From NCBI RefSeq assembly GCF_009914755.1, contig NC_060930.1: a DNA stretch of 64,000 bases, one strand, 5' to 3'. The position numbers and the translations under genes were made by a program. Origin of the DNA: the human T2T-CHM13v2.0 reference genome, Homo sapiens. The notes under the pieces are model-generated. The model was given only the letters and a program-made list of their open reading frames with translations, made no database searches and had not been told where the DNA came from. Shown here in pieces: positions 1 to 15,123 of this stretch (the first letter of the stretch is position 1; every line of letters starts with the position of its first letter).

Positions 1-120
1 TCAGGAGGCTGAGTCAGGAGAATCGCTTGTGCCCGGGAGGCAGAGGTTGCAGTGAGCCGAGATCATGCCGCTGTACTCCAGCCTGTGCGACAGGGCAAGA
101 CACCATCTCCAAAAAAAAAA
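1..120 (+). mobile_element. Alu right arm, cut by the window edge
   Basis: gaggctgag...gcagtgagccgagatc...ccagcctg followed by poly(A). Confidence 0.9.
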
Positions 121-394
121 GCTTCACTGTGAGTTATGATATGGGAAGAAAAGTCTTGGCCTGGCCACCACAAGGAATCCCTCAGGCCTGGCGGTGGGAA
201 GCAGAGGAGGGCGCAGTCTCTTTAGGGCAGAAAGTGAAGAACATTTCTATGACAATGGGGAAATCAGTTCACCTTTGTGTTGGTAAACAAAAGGAATGTA
301 AGCTGTCCTTTGAGCTCGAATCATAGTGGTGATTGCCAAAACCTACCTTTGTTTTTAGAAGATAATAGCACATATTCCACTTGCTTCCCCACAG

Positions 395-534
395 TGACCG
401 AAGCTGGCTTTGGTGCTGACATCGGAATGGAGAAATTCTTCAACATCAAGTGCCGAGCTTCCGGCTTGGTGCCCAACGTGGTTGTGTTAGTGGCAACGGT
501 GCGAGCTCTGAAGATGCATGGAGGCGGGCCAAGT
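395..534 (+). CDS. MTHFD1L: MTHFD1L coding exon (probably exon 21), FTHFS domain: (V)[46 protein letters not shown]
   Basis: Carries the FTHFS signature motifs TEAGFGAD and [12 protein letters not shown]. Acceptor ttccccacag|, donor AGT|gtaagt. 140 nt, ends in phase 0. Confidence 0.97.
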
Positions 535-1539
535 GTAAGTGCCCACACCGCCTTCCTAATACCAAAGAAATTTCATTATGTTAAAACAGAATTGAGCATT
601 TGAAAAATTCCTGCCCATTTAATGACTATAGTTTTCTAGAGTATTTTTCTTAAAACTTTTTTTTTCCTGTAGACCTCCCTCGTGGACATCTAAAACGTTT
701 TTTGTTTTGTGTTGTTTTTTGTTTTTTCCCAACACCACCATAGGGCACTTTGAGTTTAGTAAGTTCGAGTAAACAGTAACACCCACAGTTCTTTCTAAAC
801 AATATTTTGGAAAGGAGCATAATGCAACCACTTTTTAGTCTCAAGCTTCACATCTGATACTCAGGCCAAGATTGTATAACCATATGGTAATGGGAGGTTA
901 GAGGCTCTTGTCCCTGAACGAAGAACAAGAGGATTAGAGTGAGTTCTTTGATGACAGAGATTTTTCATTGTTTGTACAGATAGTTTTTCGGTTCACTGAT
1001 GCTGCAACTCATCAGATTTCATCTAAAACTATTTTCCTTCTCTTTCTGTTTATTATGATTTCTCCTCACAACTCTGTTATAATACTGGATTGTTTCTAAG
1101 AGCTTTGCTTGGAAAACACAAATTCGATTTTAACTTCTTTAAAGACTTTTTATATTTACCTATCCTAATATATATAGAAATTACAGACATTATAAAGGAA
1201 ATATATTCCTTTCCACAGAAAACCTGTGCATAGATTTTTGGGGGTTTTTTTGTTGTTGTTTGCTTGTTTGTTGTTTTTTTGTTTCATTTTTAGGAATTTC
1301 CAAGTGGAGAATAAGACATTTTATACTGATTAATCATTTTGAAATAAAATAAAATTTCTCTATCATAATATTCACATATGAGACGAACTGCCAAATCTGA
1401 TTTCTTAATTGGTATACTGTACTGTGTATGTGACAAAAGTCATATATTCAATGATTATTGCATAGTCAAAACAAGTAGCAGGTTTGCCATCATGAAACGC
1501 TGTAAAGCAATTCTTTCTCCTGGGAGAGGTGGACATGAT

Positions 1540-1660
1540 TTTTATACCATTTTACAGATAAGGAAGCTGAGTTTTGATAGGCTTAGGGAATATGGACAAT
1601 GTCAGCAGGCCAGCAGAGAGCCGAGAACTTCAGATCTAAATCTCCTACTATGTCCACCAT
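1540..1660. mobile_element. MIR fragment
   Basis: MIR-core-like ccattttacagataaggaagctgag. Confidence 0.6.
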
Positions 1661-2356
1661 GCAGAGCTGGATGTTAATGAAGGGCAGAAGTTTTCTAAAT
1701 CCAAATCCACTCCTAATACCCGACACTTAAGCACTTCATTTTTGCCTAAAGCTTCATCATCATTTCAAATGCAAGAATGATATAATACAGATTAAAAGTA
1801 GTAAATCATAAAGAATTCTGACTTCACTCAAAACACCCCTTGTTGCTACAGTCCTTCCTGGATTTTAGACATTGAATCTGTATAACAACTTCTATTTTTA
1901 AAAACTACTTCCGCCCATGTAGGATGCATTTGGAATTCTCCCTCCCTGCCCTGCCACCCTGAAAATTATAGAAAGGGCTTAGAGATTGTCTGATCTCATT
2001 CAGTCTTTATAAAGAGAAAATCTCTGAGGCACAGGGAGACGCAGTGACTTGAGTGGTGTCACACATCTATTTCAGGGACTGATCAGATCTACAGTCCTGG
2101 TCTCTTGACATCAGTCCCATAGTTTTCCAGACTCTGGTCTCTGTCCTGTAAAAATTCTCTACATGGTTTACAATCCTATTTCATTCATCTTAACATATGT
2201 GCTCTGTTATTCAGTGGTTGCACTTTCGTGCCACATTAATCCTTTGTGTCTCTTCCACTGCTGCTTAATGTCATGGTTCTCAGCCAGTGATCATGGTAAC
2301 ATGGAACAGGGTTAGTAGGCACAGATATGGGTGGAGGATAAGAAAAGGTGGGGACC

Positions 2357-2706
<350 letters not shown>

Positions 2707-3250
2707 TCATGAATGCCTTGTTCTGTGTCTCCCTATGTAATTCTCAATTCCTTGAGTTTAGGGACTGTGTCTTATTAATTGGTATGGTCCAAGTGTCTGG
2801 CATGGTCTATATGCAGGGAGTGTTTTCAATAATGGCAAGATAAATGAACTTTCATCCTCTTAATCCTCTATTCCATAGTGCTCATCTCGGTGTCCTTCCT
2901 TCATATTGAATAGCTCTGTATTTTTGAACCATGATTATTCATTTCTACTTCTGTTTTCTTTTTTCTTTTTTGCTACAAATACTGCGCTGGGATCGACTTC
3001 CTTTTGATCATTACACAAATAACCATGGCTGCCTCTTATGTTTATTCAGCTTGTTTTTTTTCCATAATTTGTACAGTGGAAAATCTTGTGGCCCTTGAAT
3101 TTGCCCATTTTAAATTTGCCCTCAGTCATTTTAAACTCACATCCTGTCCCCCAGAGTGCTCGGCCATTCCCAGTGCAATCCAATAACTAATATTGTGCTA
3201 TGCTTTGGGATCCACAGATTCTTTCACAATTAGATCTTTAAACTAACCAT

Positions 3251-3675
3251 TGTATGAATCAGCATTCTTCACACATAGAACCAATAAGGATGTGTGTATA
3301 TATAGAGAAAGATATTTATTGTAAGGAATTGGGTCACATGATTACAGAAGCTGGCAAGTCCAAAATCTGCACTGTGGGCTGGCAAGCTGAAGACCCAGGA
3401 GAGGCAGTGGTGCTAATGCAGTCTGAAGGCAGCAGTCTGCTGGAGAATTCTCCTGCTCTCAGGGGAGGCCAGTCTTTTTGTTGTACTCAAAAAGGCCTTT
3501 GACTGGTCAGTTGAGACCCACCCACATTATGTAGGACAACTTGCCTACTCAGAGGCTGCTGATTTCCATATCAATTTCATCATAGACACCCTCACAGAAA
3601 CACGCAAAATAATGTTTGAACAAATACTGGACACCCTATGGCCCCAGCAAAGTTGACACATAAGATTAACCACAA
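3251..3675 (-). mobile_element. MLT2-family (ERVL) solo LTR
   Basis: agaaccaataagga...tttattgtaaggaattgggtcac...aagttgacacataagattaacc matches the recalled MLT2 consensus in reverse. Confidence 0.75.
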
Positions 3676-3941
3676 GGCCAGGCACAGTGTTTCACCCTGT
3701 AATGCCAGCACTTTGAGAGGCCGAGGTGGGAGGACTGCTTGAGCCCAAGAGTTCGAGACCAGCCTGGGGAAGATAGCAAGACCTCGTCTCTACAAAATAA
3801 TAAAAAATTATCTGGGTGTGGTGGTACACACCTGTATTCCTAGCTACTGGGGAGGCTGAGGCAGGAGGATCACTTGAGCCCAGGAGTTTGAGACCGCAGT
3901 GAGCTGTGATTGTGCCACTGCCCTCCAGCCTGGACAACAGA
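3676..3941 (+). mobile_element. AluJ-type element
   Basis: ttgagcccaggagtttgag J-type diagnostics. Confidence 0.9.
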
Positions 3942-4069
3942 ACTTTATGGCAATTACCGTAAAATGATTTCGAATGGTGATGTACTCTGTATAAATCAAG
4001 TATTAAACATATTATTAGTTTTATGTTCTAATTTGAACCAATGTTTGAGAAGTTTCATACTGTTCCATT

Positions 4070-4230
4070 GGCTCAAATTAGAATCATCCAGGGAGATTTT
4101 AAACATTACTGATCCCAGGTTCCCCTCCCAGAACTTCTGCTTTCATTGGTCTGGGTGGAGCCCAGGGATCAGTGTTTTCTAAAAGCTTCCCGCAGGAGTT
4201 TAGGTTTAGCCAGTGCTGCCAGCTACTGTT
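4070..4230. mobile_element. MER5A-like hAT-Charlie MITE
   Basis: agaatcatccaggg...cccctcccagaacttctg...ggtctgggtggagccc...ttctaaaagcttccc. Confidence 0.6.
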
Positions 4231-4355
4231 TTAAAAGCACAAAACATAGAGGTACATTTCTAAAAATTGAATGTGATTATGTTGTTCTTTCTTTCAGATC
4301 GGTTGTGTAAGCATTTTTATAGGATTATTCTTCATGTTTTCTCTCCTTATTTCAG

Positions 4356-4397
4356 GTAACGGCTGGTGTTCCTCTTAAGAAAGAATATACAGAGGAG
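4356..4397 (+). CDS. MTHFD1L: MTHFD1L coding exon (probably exon 22): VTAGVPLKKEYTEE
   Basis: Pyrimidine tract plus ttcag| acceptor, GAG|gtaaga donor. 42 nt, phase 0-0, continues the frame. Confidence 0.95.
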
Positions 4398-4507
4398 GTA
4401 AGAGGAGCTGTTTAGATGCTTATGTGAAGAATCTCTTAAATCCAGTGACTCGTTGGCTTTCAGTGAATGAGCCCTCCTTCAGTGGCCTCTTAGAAAAGTG
4501 CTGTTCT

Positions 4508-4855
<348 letters not shown>

Positions 4856-5079
4856 TCAGTTAACTCTTAAATATCAAGAAAAGATGGATATAGGCTTTGT
4901 CTACTATTGTGTACTCCCAGGGTAGCCATCAGAGCAGGAACTCAAGGTCTCCAGGTCAGAAACAAATATGAAGCTTACACTTCTGTATTCTTTTGTCATG
5001 GAAGGTCTATATACAGTTGGCTTTATGATTTACAGGAGTGGCTTACTCTTTTCTGTAAATAGACTTTGATTTGCTGGCA

Positions 5080-5111
5080 GCAGTACCTCTTAGCTCCTAC
5101 AGGTGGCGCCA
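5080..5111 (+). promoter_or_regulatory. Candidate CTCF site (core plus upstream module)
   Basis: Core CCTACAGGTGGCGCC at 5096-5110, preceded by GCAGTACC at 5080-5087. Confidence 0.5.
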
Positions 5112-5456
5112 GGGATCTGAGCCAGGAATACCTGGTCAGAGCTCCTCACCCACCTGGGGCCTTGTGCCTGTCAGGCCTCAACCTGCAGAGCATGGGCGCA
5201 TTGCATAGACCCTGCAGCCTGTCCTCAGCAGGGTGAGCTGCCAGGCTTCAGACCCACCCATATGCCATTGGATCCAGAATCATTTTAGAAATTATTTTGA
5301 AGACGAACCTCTTTATTCTTGCAGCCATCTTTCTTGGAGGAAAAAGTGAAAAAAGATGTAGCAAATCCTGCCAGAGAGGTGCTGGCAGTTTAGCTTGGCA
5401 GGTTTGGTGGGAGACAATACACAGGGGTCTGGGTTTTGCTTTTTTCTTTTTTACAG

Positions 5457-5557
5457 AACATCCAGCTGGTGGCAGACGGCTGCTGTAACCTCCAGAAGCA
5501 AATTCAGATCACTCAGCTCTTTGGGGTTCCCGTTGTGGTGGCTCTGAATGTCTTCAA
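5457..5557 (+). CDS. MTHFD1L: MTHFD1L coding exon (probably exon 23): NIQLVADGCCNLQKQIQITQLFGVPVVVALNVF(K)
   Basis: T-rich tract plus ttacag| acceptor, AA|gtaagt donor. 101 nt, phase 0-2. FGVPVVVA.N.F is an FTHFS motif. Confidence 0.96.
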
Positions 5558-6092
5558 GTAAGTCCAGCCTCCTCCTTTAAATGTGGGCATTATCACTAGG
5601 CCACCCTGTGAACGATATTTGTGTCTTGGGGTATTTGGTCTTTCTGTGCTTCATCTAAAAGTATACAGAAATACCCAGTTCTTTCTGTTTGTTTATTTGG
5701 TTTGGTTTCATTTTAGCAAATGTGTTCTCACAATGTTATTAAGGAAGTGAAATTTATATATAGTGAGTTACTATCTCCTTGGCTTTTTTTTTTTTTTTTT
5801 TTTTTAATTCTACCCAGCATTTTTGTCTGAAACAAACTGTGAATGATCAAAGGGATATGTTATGGAATTTTCTTGATAACACCCTTAACGACTTGAAATA
5901 TTTGAGTCACTTTAGAGAGGACTTTTTTTTTCCATGCTTTAAGTCTGATTTATTTAAACACGATGTGACCACTTTTGATGTTTAAAATGTATTCAGTGTT
6001 AGGGAGCGAAGTTCTGTATAAATGGTGAGTCTTTCTTTGAAAACATAGCTAAATGGATACAGATGCAAAACCACAAACATTTTCTTCACTAG

Positions 6093-6270
6093 GACCGACA
6101 CCCGCGCTGAGATTGACTTGGTGTGTGAGCTTGCAAAGCGGGCTGGTGCCTTTGATGCAGTCCCCTGCTATCACTGGTCCGTTGGTGGAAAAGGATCGGT
6201 GGACTTGGCTCGGGCTGTGAGAGAGGCTGCGAGTAAAAGAAGCCGATTCCAGTTCCTGTATGATGTTCAG
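6093..6270 (+). CDS. MTHFD1L: MTHFD1L coding exon (probably exon 24): (K)TDTRAEIDLVCELAKRAGAFDAVPCYHWSVGGKGSVDLARAVREAASKRSRFQFLYDVQ
   Basis: ttcttcactag| acceptor, CAG|gtaaga donor. 178 nt, phase 2-0. HW..GG.G..DLA is an FTHFS motif. Confidence 0.97.
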
Positions 6271-6365
6271 GTAAGATCTAGTAAAAACAATGGCTCACAT
6301 TTCTTACACCTTAGCATGGGTTGTCCCATTCTGTTGTCACCACAACCCTACAGATAAGAAAACTA

Positions 6366-6902
<537 letters not shown>

Positions 6903-6911
6903 TCATTTCTC

Positions 6912-7197
6912 TTTTTTTTTTTTGAGACAGTCTCTGTTGCTCAGGCTGGAGTACAGTGGTGCAATCTCGGCTTACTGCAACCTCTGCCTCCCAGGTTCAA
7001 GCACTTCTCTGCCTCAGCCTCCTGACTAGCTGGGATTACAGGCACCTGCCAACACGTCTGGCTAAGTTTTTGTATTTTTAGTAGAGACGGGGTTTCACCA
7101 TCTTGGGCAGGCTGGTCTCAAACTCCTGATCTCATGGTTCACCCACCTCGGCCTCCCAAAGTGCTGGGATTATAGGCATGAGCCACCACACCTGGCC
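6912..7197 (-). mobile_element. AluS
   Basis: Antisense Alu, TSD cttgttcatttct. Confidence 0.93.
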
Positions 7198-7257
7198 TCT
7201 GCTTGTTCATTTCTGTTATGGTTCTTTTCTCTTGTGGTTTTATTGAACTATGTCTAG

Positions 7258-7820
<563 letters not shown>

Positions 7821-7851
7821 TGAATGTAACAACTCCAGGGACCTCATGTAA

Positions 7852-8221
<370 letters not shown>

Positions 8222-8407
8222 AGAATTTCCTTTATTTTTCGGGCTGAATACGCTCCCATTCTTTGGATATCCCACATTTTGTTTCTTTGTCCATCTGTGG
8301 ATGGACACTTGAGCTCCCCCTCACAGCTATTGTAAGTAATGCTGTATGAGCATGCGTGTTTATGGCATATGGCATATGTACAAGTATCCCTTCAAGACCG
8401 TGTTTTC

Positions 8408-8517
8408 TTTTTTTTTTTTTTTTTTTTTTGAGACGGAGTCTTGCTCTGTCGCCCAGGCTGGAGTGCAGTGGCGCAATCTCGGCTCACTGCAAGCTCCGCC
8501 TCCCGGGTTCATGCCAT
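8408..8517 (-). mobile_element. 5'-truncated AluY-type insertion (right-arm end only)
   Basis: gcaagctccgcctcccgggttcatgccat Y-type diagnostics; tgttttc on both sides. Confidence 0.85.
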
Positions 8518-8999
8518 GTTTTCAATTCTTTTGGAAATGTATTCCCAGAAGTGGGATTGCTGGGTCCTCTAGGATATTTTTAAGCACATGTCGATGGTTC
8601 AGTCAGAAGACCTGAGCTTCCCAGGGCTCACTCTCCTCCTCAGATCGTCTGTCTTTGCACCCGTCTGACATCTCCATTCTGAATTTTGTGGTTCCGATTC
8701 TGGCTGATGGATTTGTCTTCAGGGGTAGTGCATGATTGTGGAGTGCCCAGGCTTCAAGCTGATTGCTGCTTCTCCTGTTCCTTCATCCCTCACATATTCT
8801 ATTGTTGAGTCACTCAGATGTCACAGACACTCTTCTTTCCTGTTCAGTGGCATAAATCAATAGCATAAGTGAAGAAGAAATCCGTGAAGCAAGAGCTTAG
8901 CAGCGTTGTTGATAAGCCTGGAGTCACAGTGGTGAGAGAACGGGGCTGATGTATTAATATTTAATATTACCACAGCTCTCGCTTTTAAGGAGTTGTTTG

Positions 9000-9230
9000 T
9001 GAGCTGGGTATATGGGCGCTTTGCACATGTTCACCTCTTTGGTCCTAACATCCCTCTTAGGTGGAAACTGGTGATATCTTCCCATTTTACAGACAAGAAA
9101 ACTAAAGCACGAAGAGACTAAGTCAACTGCTCAGTGTCCCATAGCTAGGAAGAGGCAGAGCTGGGAGAAAGAATATCCAGATGGTTGAGGTCATCACCCT
9201 GCTCTGTTCTTCAGAGCTAAGTACTGTGCT
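9000..9230. mobile_element. MIR
   Basis: cccattttacagacaagaaaactaaagcac...atagctaggaagaggcagagctggga. Confidence 0.7.
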
Positions 9231-11689
9231 CAAAAGTGTGTGTGTATTGGAGGTCTGGGGGGAGACATAGTTAAAGGGGACAGTGACTGAGTGACCCCCC
9301 TGAAGAGAAAGGGTGACAGTGATGGGCATAGGCACAGATTCCATGCCACACAGGGGACATCATCGCTGGCACGCAGTCAGTGTTTACGGAAGGAAGGACA
9401 CAGGGAATTAATTGGAGGCTAGCTCATAAAAGGTTTTTCATTTTTATGAGGCCATTTTGTGAATGAGGAACTAGAATATTCTGGACTACAGAGGCGGTAG
9501 AGATCAATTGAGGGAGAAGATTTTGGATGAGTGAAAAGAAAAATGTTCCAGTTGGAAGCTTTGAGTTCTCAGACCTAGAGGTGTTCAGCGCAAAATAGAT
9601 GTAGCCCTGCTGTGGGCAAGTCAGAGGCATTGAAGCCAACTCAGATGGCAGGTGGCCAAGGAGACCCTGGGTTCCTGTTCTTTGGTCCTGGGTAAGGCTT
9701 GCCAGGGTACCTACAACCCTTGGCACATGCCAGAGCCTTTCTACATAAACCACTGTAGGGAGAGTCACCCCCAGATCCTGCTGTGAGTGTGCCTCTGATC
9801 ATGCCATCTGATCATGCCATCTTGCCGTCTGATCATGAACCACCCCACTCTGCATAGCAAAGGCAGTTATTTTCATGAATGATTTCACAAAGTGCGGCTC
9901 TTTTCAAGGAAAACATCCCAGGTGAAAAAGAGGTCAGTAATCAGAAGAAATGCTTCTGAGTTATGCTGTCTCAGACATGCACTAACCCTAACATGAACCC
10001 TTTTCCTTTCCACTGATATTTCAATTTTTTTTTCTGAATTCCCATTCTTCATGCAGATAATGCTGCTAAAATGTCAGCTCTCTTCTGAAAGGAGGAAAAT
10101 GTTTAATAATAATGTGGTCTAAAGTCCTCTATTGATAGGCGACCTCAAGGCCAGGATCCCTGCCTCCTTTGCCAACACACTTCTCGCTTTTCTTGTAACA
10201 GAAATTCGATTTGAGCTGCATAATTGTTTGTTAGATAATCAGCCTCCCAGCCTACTGCAGCATGACAGTTCATGAAAAGAGCTGCTGCTGCTGCTGGCTC
10301 TCTTTGTACTGTCTGCCTGTTAGCTGTGTTCCTCACACCAGCAAGATTTAGATCATCTAAGACCATTTACAGTCTTGTCTTGTCACCATGTAAAAATCTG
10401 AATTCATTGGTGCAGTCAGTAATAGAGCTCAAGCCTTCTTTGCCCCGGATTTCTTGCATTGATTGGTGCTGGTAAAACTTTAGTAACTTAAGTAATGGTT
10501 TTCTGGAAGCCCTTTTTACCTCCCCTACAACCCCACACCCTCACAACCAACCCTTGGGTGCTGGGCAGTGAGAAAGATATGGCATTGCTCTATAGGAGAA
10601 AGAAGTTATAAATGCTTTGCATATGACACTCTCCCACCTTTGCTTCTCAAAGCAAACTGGGTTTCTGTGTGCCCCTTGGTGTCTCCCCAGACTTTATATC
10701 CCCAAGAATGTATTCAGTACAAGACTAATGGCATCTTGTGTGCTATTCTTTCTCCACCCCAGTCTTGTGGAAGGAAAACACCGGAGATGATTTAGGGTAA
10801 TGGGAAATAGTGCTAGAGCCCAGGGCATGACTGCATTTGAATGTGAAGTAGAAATTGTCTCGGAACCCCACTGGAGAGTGATTCAGCTGGAGAGAGTGGG
10901 GCACCTGGCTCTCAGAGGCACTGTGCGGCCAGACAGCAGTGTGCTGGACTTCCTAATGGCGAGCTCACAGGTTAAGTGAGAAACAGGCTGCACTTCTGAC
11001 TTGGGAGTCTCTGCTGAACTTTATAGAAAACTGACTTCAGCAGCAACTGCTGTCTAGAGAACAATTTGGCATCTCTTTTTGCCAGAGTAACTTCTAACTC
11101 AAGAGTAGGCAACTTTTAATTATGGTACCGGATGGAGGCAGCAATGAATAATTTAGAATAAAGATTGAAAAATATGGAATAAGGTGTAGTAGACTAATTG
11201 CTCAGAAGAAGTTTTATTGTGTGAAAATGAATGTGTTTAAACTTGAAATACAGAGGATCATTTCCTCTCTACCCTTGAGGGTGATTGCAGTCCCTTTTAA
11301 GAAGCTGTTAAAAGTCCCCCTCAAGATCATCTTCTCTTTGAATTTTCCTTTCTAATGTGACTTTTGACAATTATATCTTTATCGTTCACTAAGAGAATAT
11401 CTCCATGTCTGCAGGGATGCAGGGAAATATGATGGCTGAAAGAAACGCTAATCTACATGCGCACTTTATTAGCTAAGAAATCCCTCCTCCATACGTTCTT
11501 CCAGGCATGCCTCCGCACATCCCATCTGCTATGTGGGCTCAACTCTGCATTATAGATGGGAAGGTGATGGACTTGTCCATAAGAAATGGACGCTTGATAG
11601 GAGAAGGAACATATTACATAGAGCTAACAGGCTAAAGCTTTGGGATCATGCAAATTAAGTTTAAACCTTGAGTAGGCCTCCTACTGTGG

Positions 11690-12154
<465 letters not shown>

Positions 12155-13434
12155 TCAATGCTGGTTCTTCCTCCTGTCATGTTCACTTGGAAAGAGAGTG
12201 GGCCTCCTGAATTCACCTTCAAGAATTCTCCTGTAACTCAAGGTAACTTTGTCAAACTCCAAGATTGGTTTATTTTGCTCTGGGTTAAAACCAGGAATTA
12301 GAAGTCAAGTCTCCTAAAGCACTACTGAACTAAACCAAGACACTGACGTTTTTCCTTCTCCGTGAGAATTGGGAGCCCTTAGTGATATCATAAAACATCA
12401 GTCATTTTTGCAAAGAAGGAGGTATGACCCGGAGAAGTCAGCTTGACATTCAGTCGGAATATTGTTTGTTAAATGAGGAGTTAAGGTTGAAAATCATCTC
12501 TGTATCCTTCCTCTAGCCTTGCAAACATTTTAAGGTGTAGCCTTGACAGCAAGACAGGATAGTGTTTGTTTTTATTAAAAGGTCTTTCCTGTTCCTTGCG
12601 TGAAGCCATTCTCTTGATCCCAGTGGGGGCTGGATGAAGGAAGAGCAAAACAAACCACGAAGACAGCCTGGAGCCGCAGCCAGCTCTGCTGACTTCTGAA
12701 CTTCACGCTCTCACTGCCCAGATGGCCAGGGGTGTTTCCTCCTCTGCTGGTCTTTTTTAAGGCAGGATGTTTGTTGTTATTGTTGTTGTTTTTCTGGTTG
12801 GTTCTTAAGAAATTATTTTCTACATCTTGAAAATGCCAGCTGGAACCTACACCAGTTGTTGGTGGGGTGTGAGAACTATCCTTTACATGGACTTGGAGCA
12901 TTTGCAACTAGAGCCTCCACATTGAAATAAACATTTAAAAATGCATATCTATGGATATACAGTGGGGGATCTTCCATTGTGGTAAAAATATGTATAACAT
13001 ACAATTTCCCCTTTAATCGCTTTTACATGTATAGTCTGTGGCATTAAGTACATTCACATTGTACATACAGGGTTTAATTAATAGGATCTTAAAACTTAAA
13101 AGGGTATTGATGCACATCTCTGTTGCCTTTTACATTTCACAGTAATTAGAAGGGAAAAAACACACTCTAGGTTGAAAGGCTGTCCTTTCTTTTGGTTGTC
13201 CTTGTCCCTGGAAAAGCTGTCTTCCCCCTCAGGGCCTTTGACCTCCCCCGGCTCTCCCTCCCATCTTCAGACACGCCCAGGGCCAGCCTGAGTCAGTAGC
13301 CCTTTCTTCAGCGCTCCCTCTTCTCCTGTTGTGCATTAGAATGTTTGGAGTGTTCTGTGGAAAGCTGGTCCTTACATTTTCCAGTCAGTTATGCATCTCA
13401 CTCATAAACCTGTTTCTTCCCCCATGCTCTTTAA

Positions 13435-13923
<489 letters not shown>

Positions 13924-14834
13924 CCGGATACCTCCTGCTTGACCAGACCTTCTGCAAACACACCTTAGATCCCTCTCAAATCTAGATGCTTCTCCAACAC
14001 TGGCTTCTAGGTTCTTTATGAAACCTCTGCTGGCCGGCAGTATATAACCCACCACCCAGCCTGCCAGGCACGTCATTCAGCTGTGTTAGACAGTTTCGAG
14101 GGATCTGCACCTGTCATGAGCACTGGCCCAACCTTCTCAAAGCATCCCACTCATCCCTGTGATTCTGGCAAAGCTTGCCCCAGCTTTCTTTCCTCGATGG
14201 TTGAAATAGCACCCAATGAGAAAAAAACAGTGGCCTGTATTTATTATACTTACACATGTCACAAGAATCCCTGTAGTGTCATTGAAAGCTTTCTTCTAGC
14301 ATGCAAAATGATTGTCACTATGATGTAAGTTTCTAGAAATGCCTTATTTCATCTAAAATTATGAGAGAAGGTAAAATGATGAACTATCAAAGTCACACTA
14401 CATGTTGGCCGGCTGCCTTCTACCACTCACTCCATCCCTCCCCAGGCTTTCTGACTTAAATTTAGATCACATGAGACCATTGCAGTGGAGAGAGTGTCCA
14501 CTTTCTCAATCTAAAAGCAAGCTCGTGAAGACCATTAAATATGATCACAGGAACAAACATTAAAGGTACCACACGTAATGGACCACTTAAGACAGAAAAC
14601 TACGATCTTAGGGTTTAGGGGAAAAAAACACTCAAACAGCACAGGCTTCCAGTCTCCCCAGTCTCTGAGAGGTTGGGATTTTTTTTTTTAATAAAGTACA
14701 AGGGCTCCTTGAACATGAACACGGAACGAGCGTTGCACCTGTATTCATTCATTTCGCTCTTGTAACACATTGATGTTCCTAAGTCAGATTTGTAGAAGAG
14801 GAACGAGCAGATGCATCATGAGAACACTGTGCTT

Positions 14835-15123
14835 GGCCAGGCGCGGCGGCTCATGCCTGTAATCCTAGCACTTAGGGAGGCCAAGGTAGGAGGATCGCTA
14901 GAATCGAGGAGTTCAAGACTAACCTGGGTGACATGGCAGATCCTGTCTCTACTAAAAATATTTTAAAAATTAGCCAGGCATAGTGGCACATGCACTGTAG
15001 TCTCAGCTACTCAGGAGGCTGAGGTGGGAGGATTGCTTGAGCTTGGGAGGCAGAGGTTGCAGTGAGCCAAGATCACCCCACTGCATTCCAGCCTAAGCAA
15101 CAGAGCCAAGCTCAAAAAAAAAA
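14835..15123 (+). mobile_element. AluJ-type element
   Basis: Alu consensus; head-to-tail with the next Alu. Confidence 0.9.

Noticed and set aside
9794-9837. CRISPR-like repeat array
   Set aside because: Human intron; short abutting repeats with no unique spacers.
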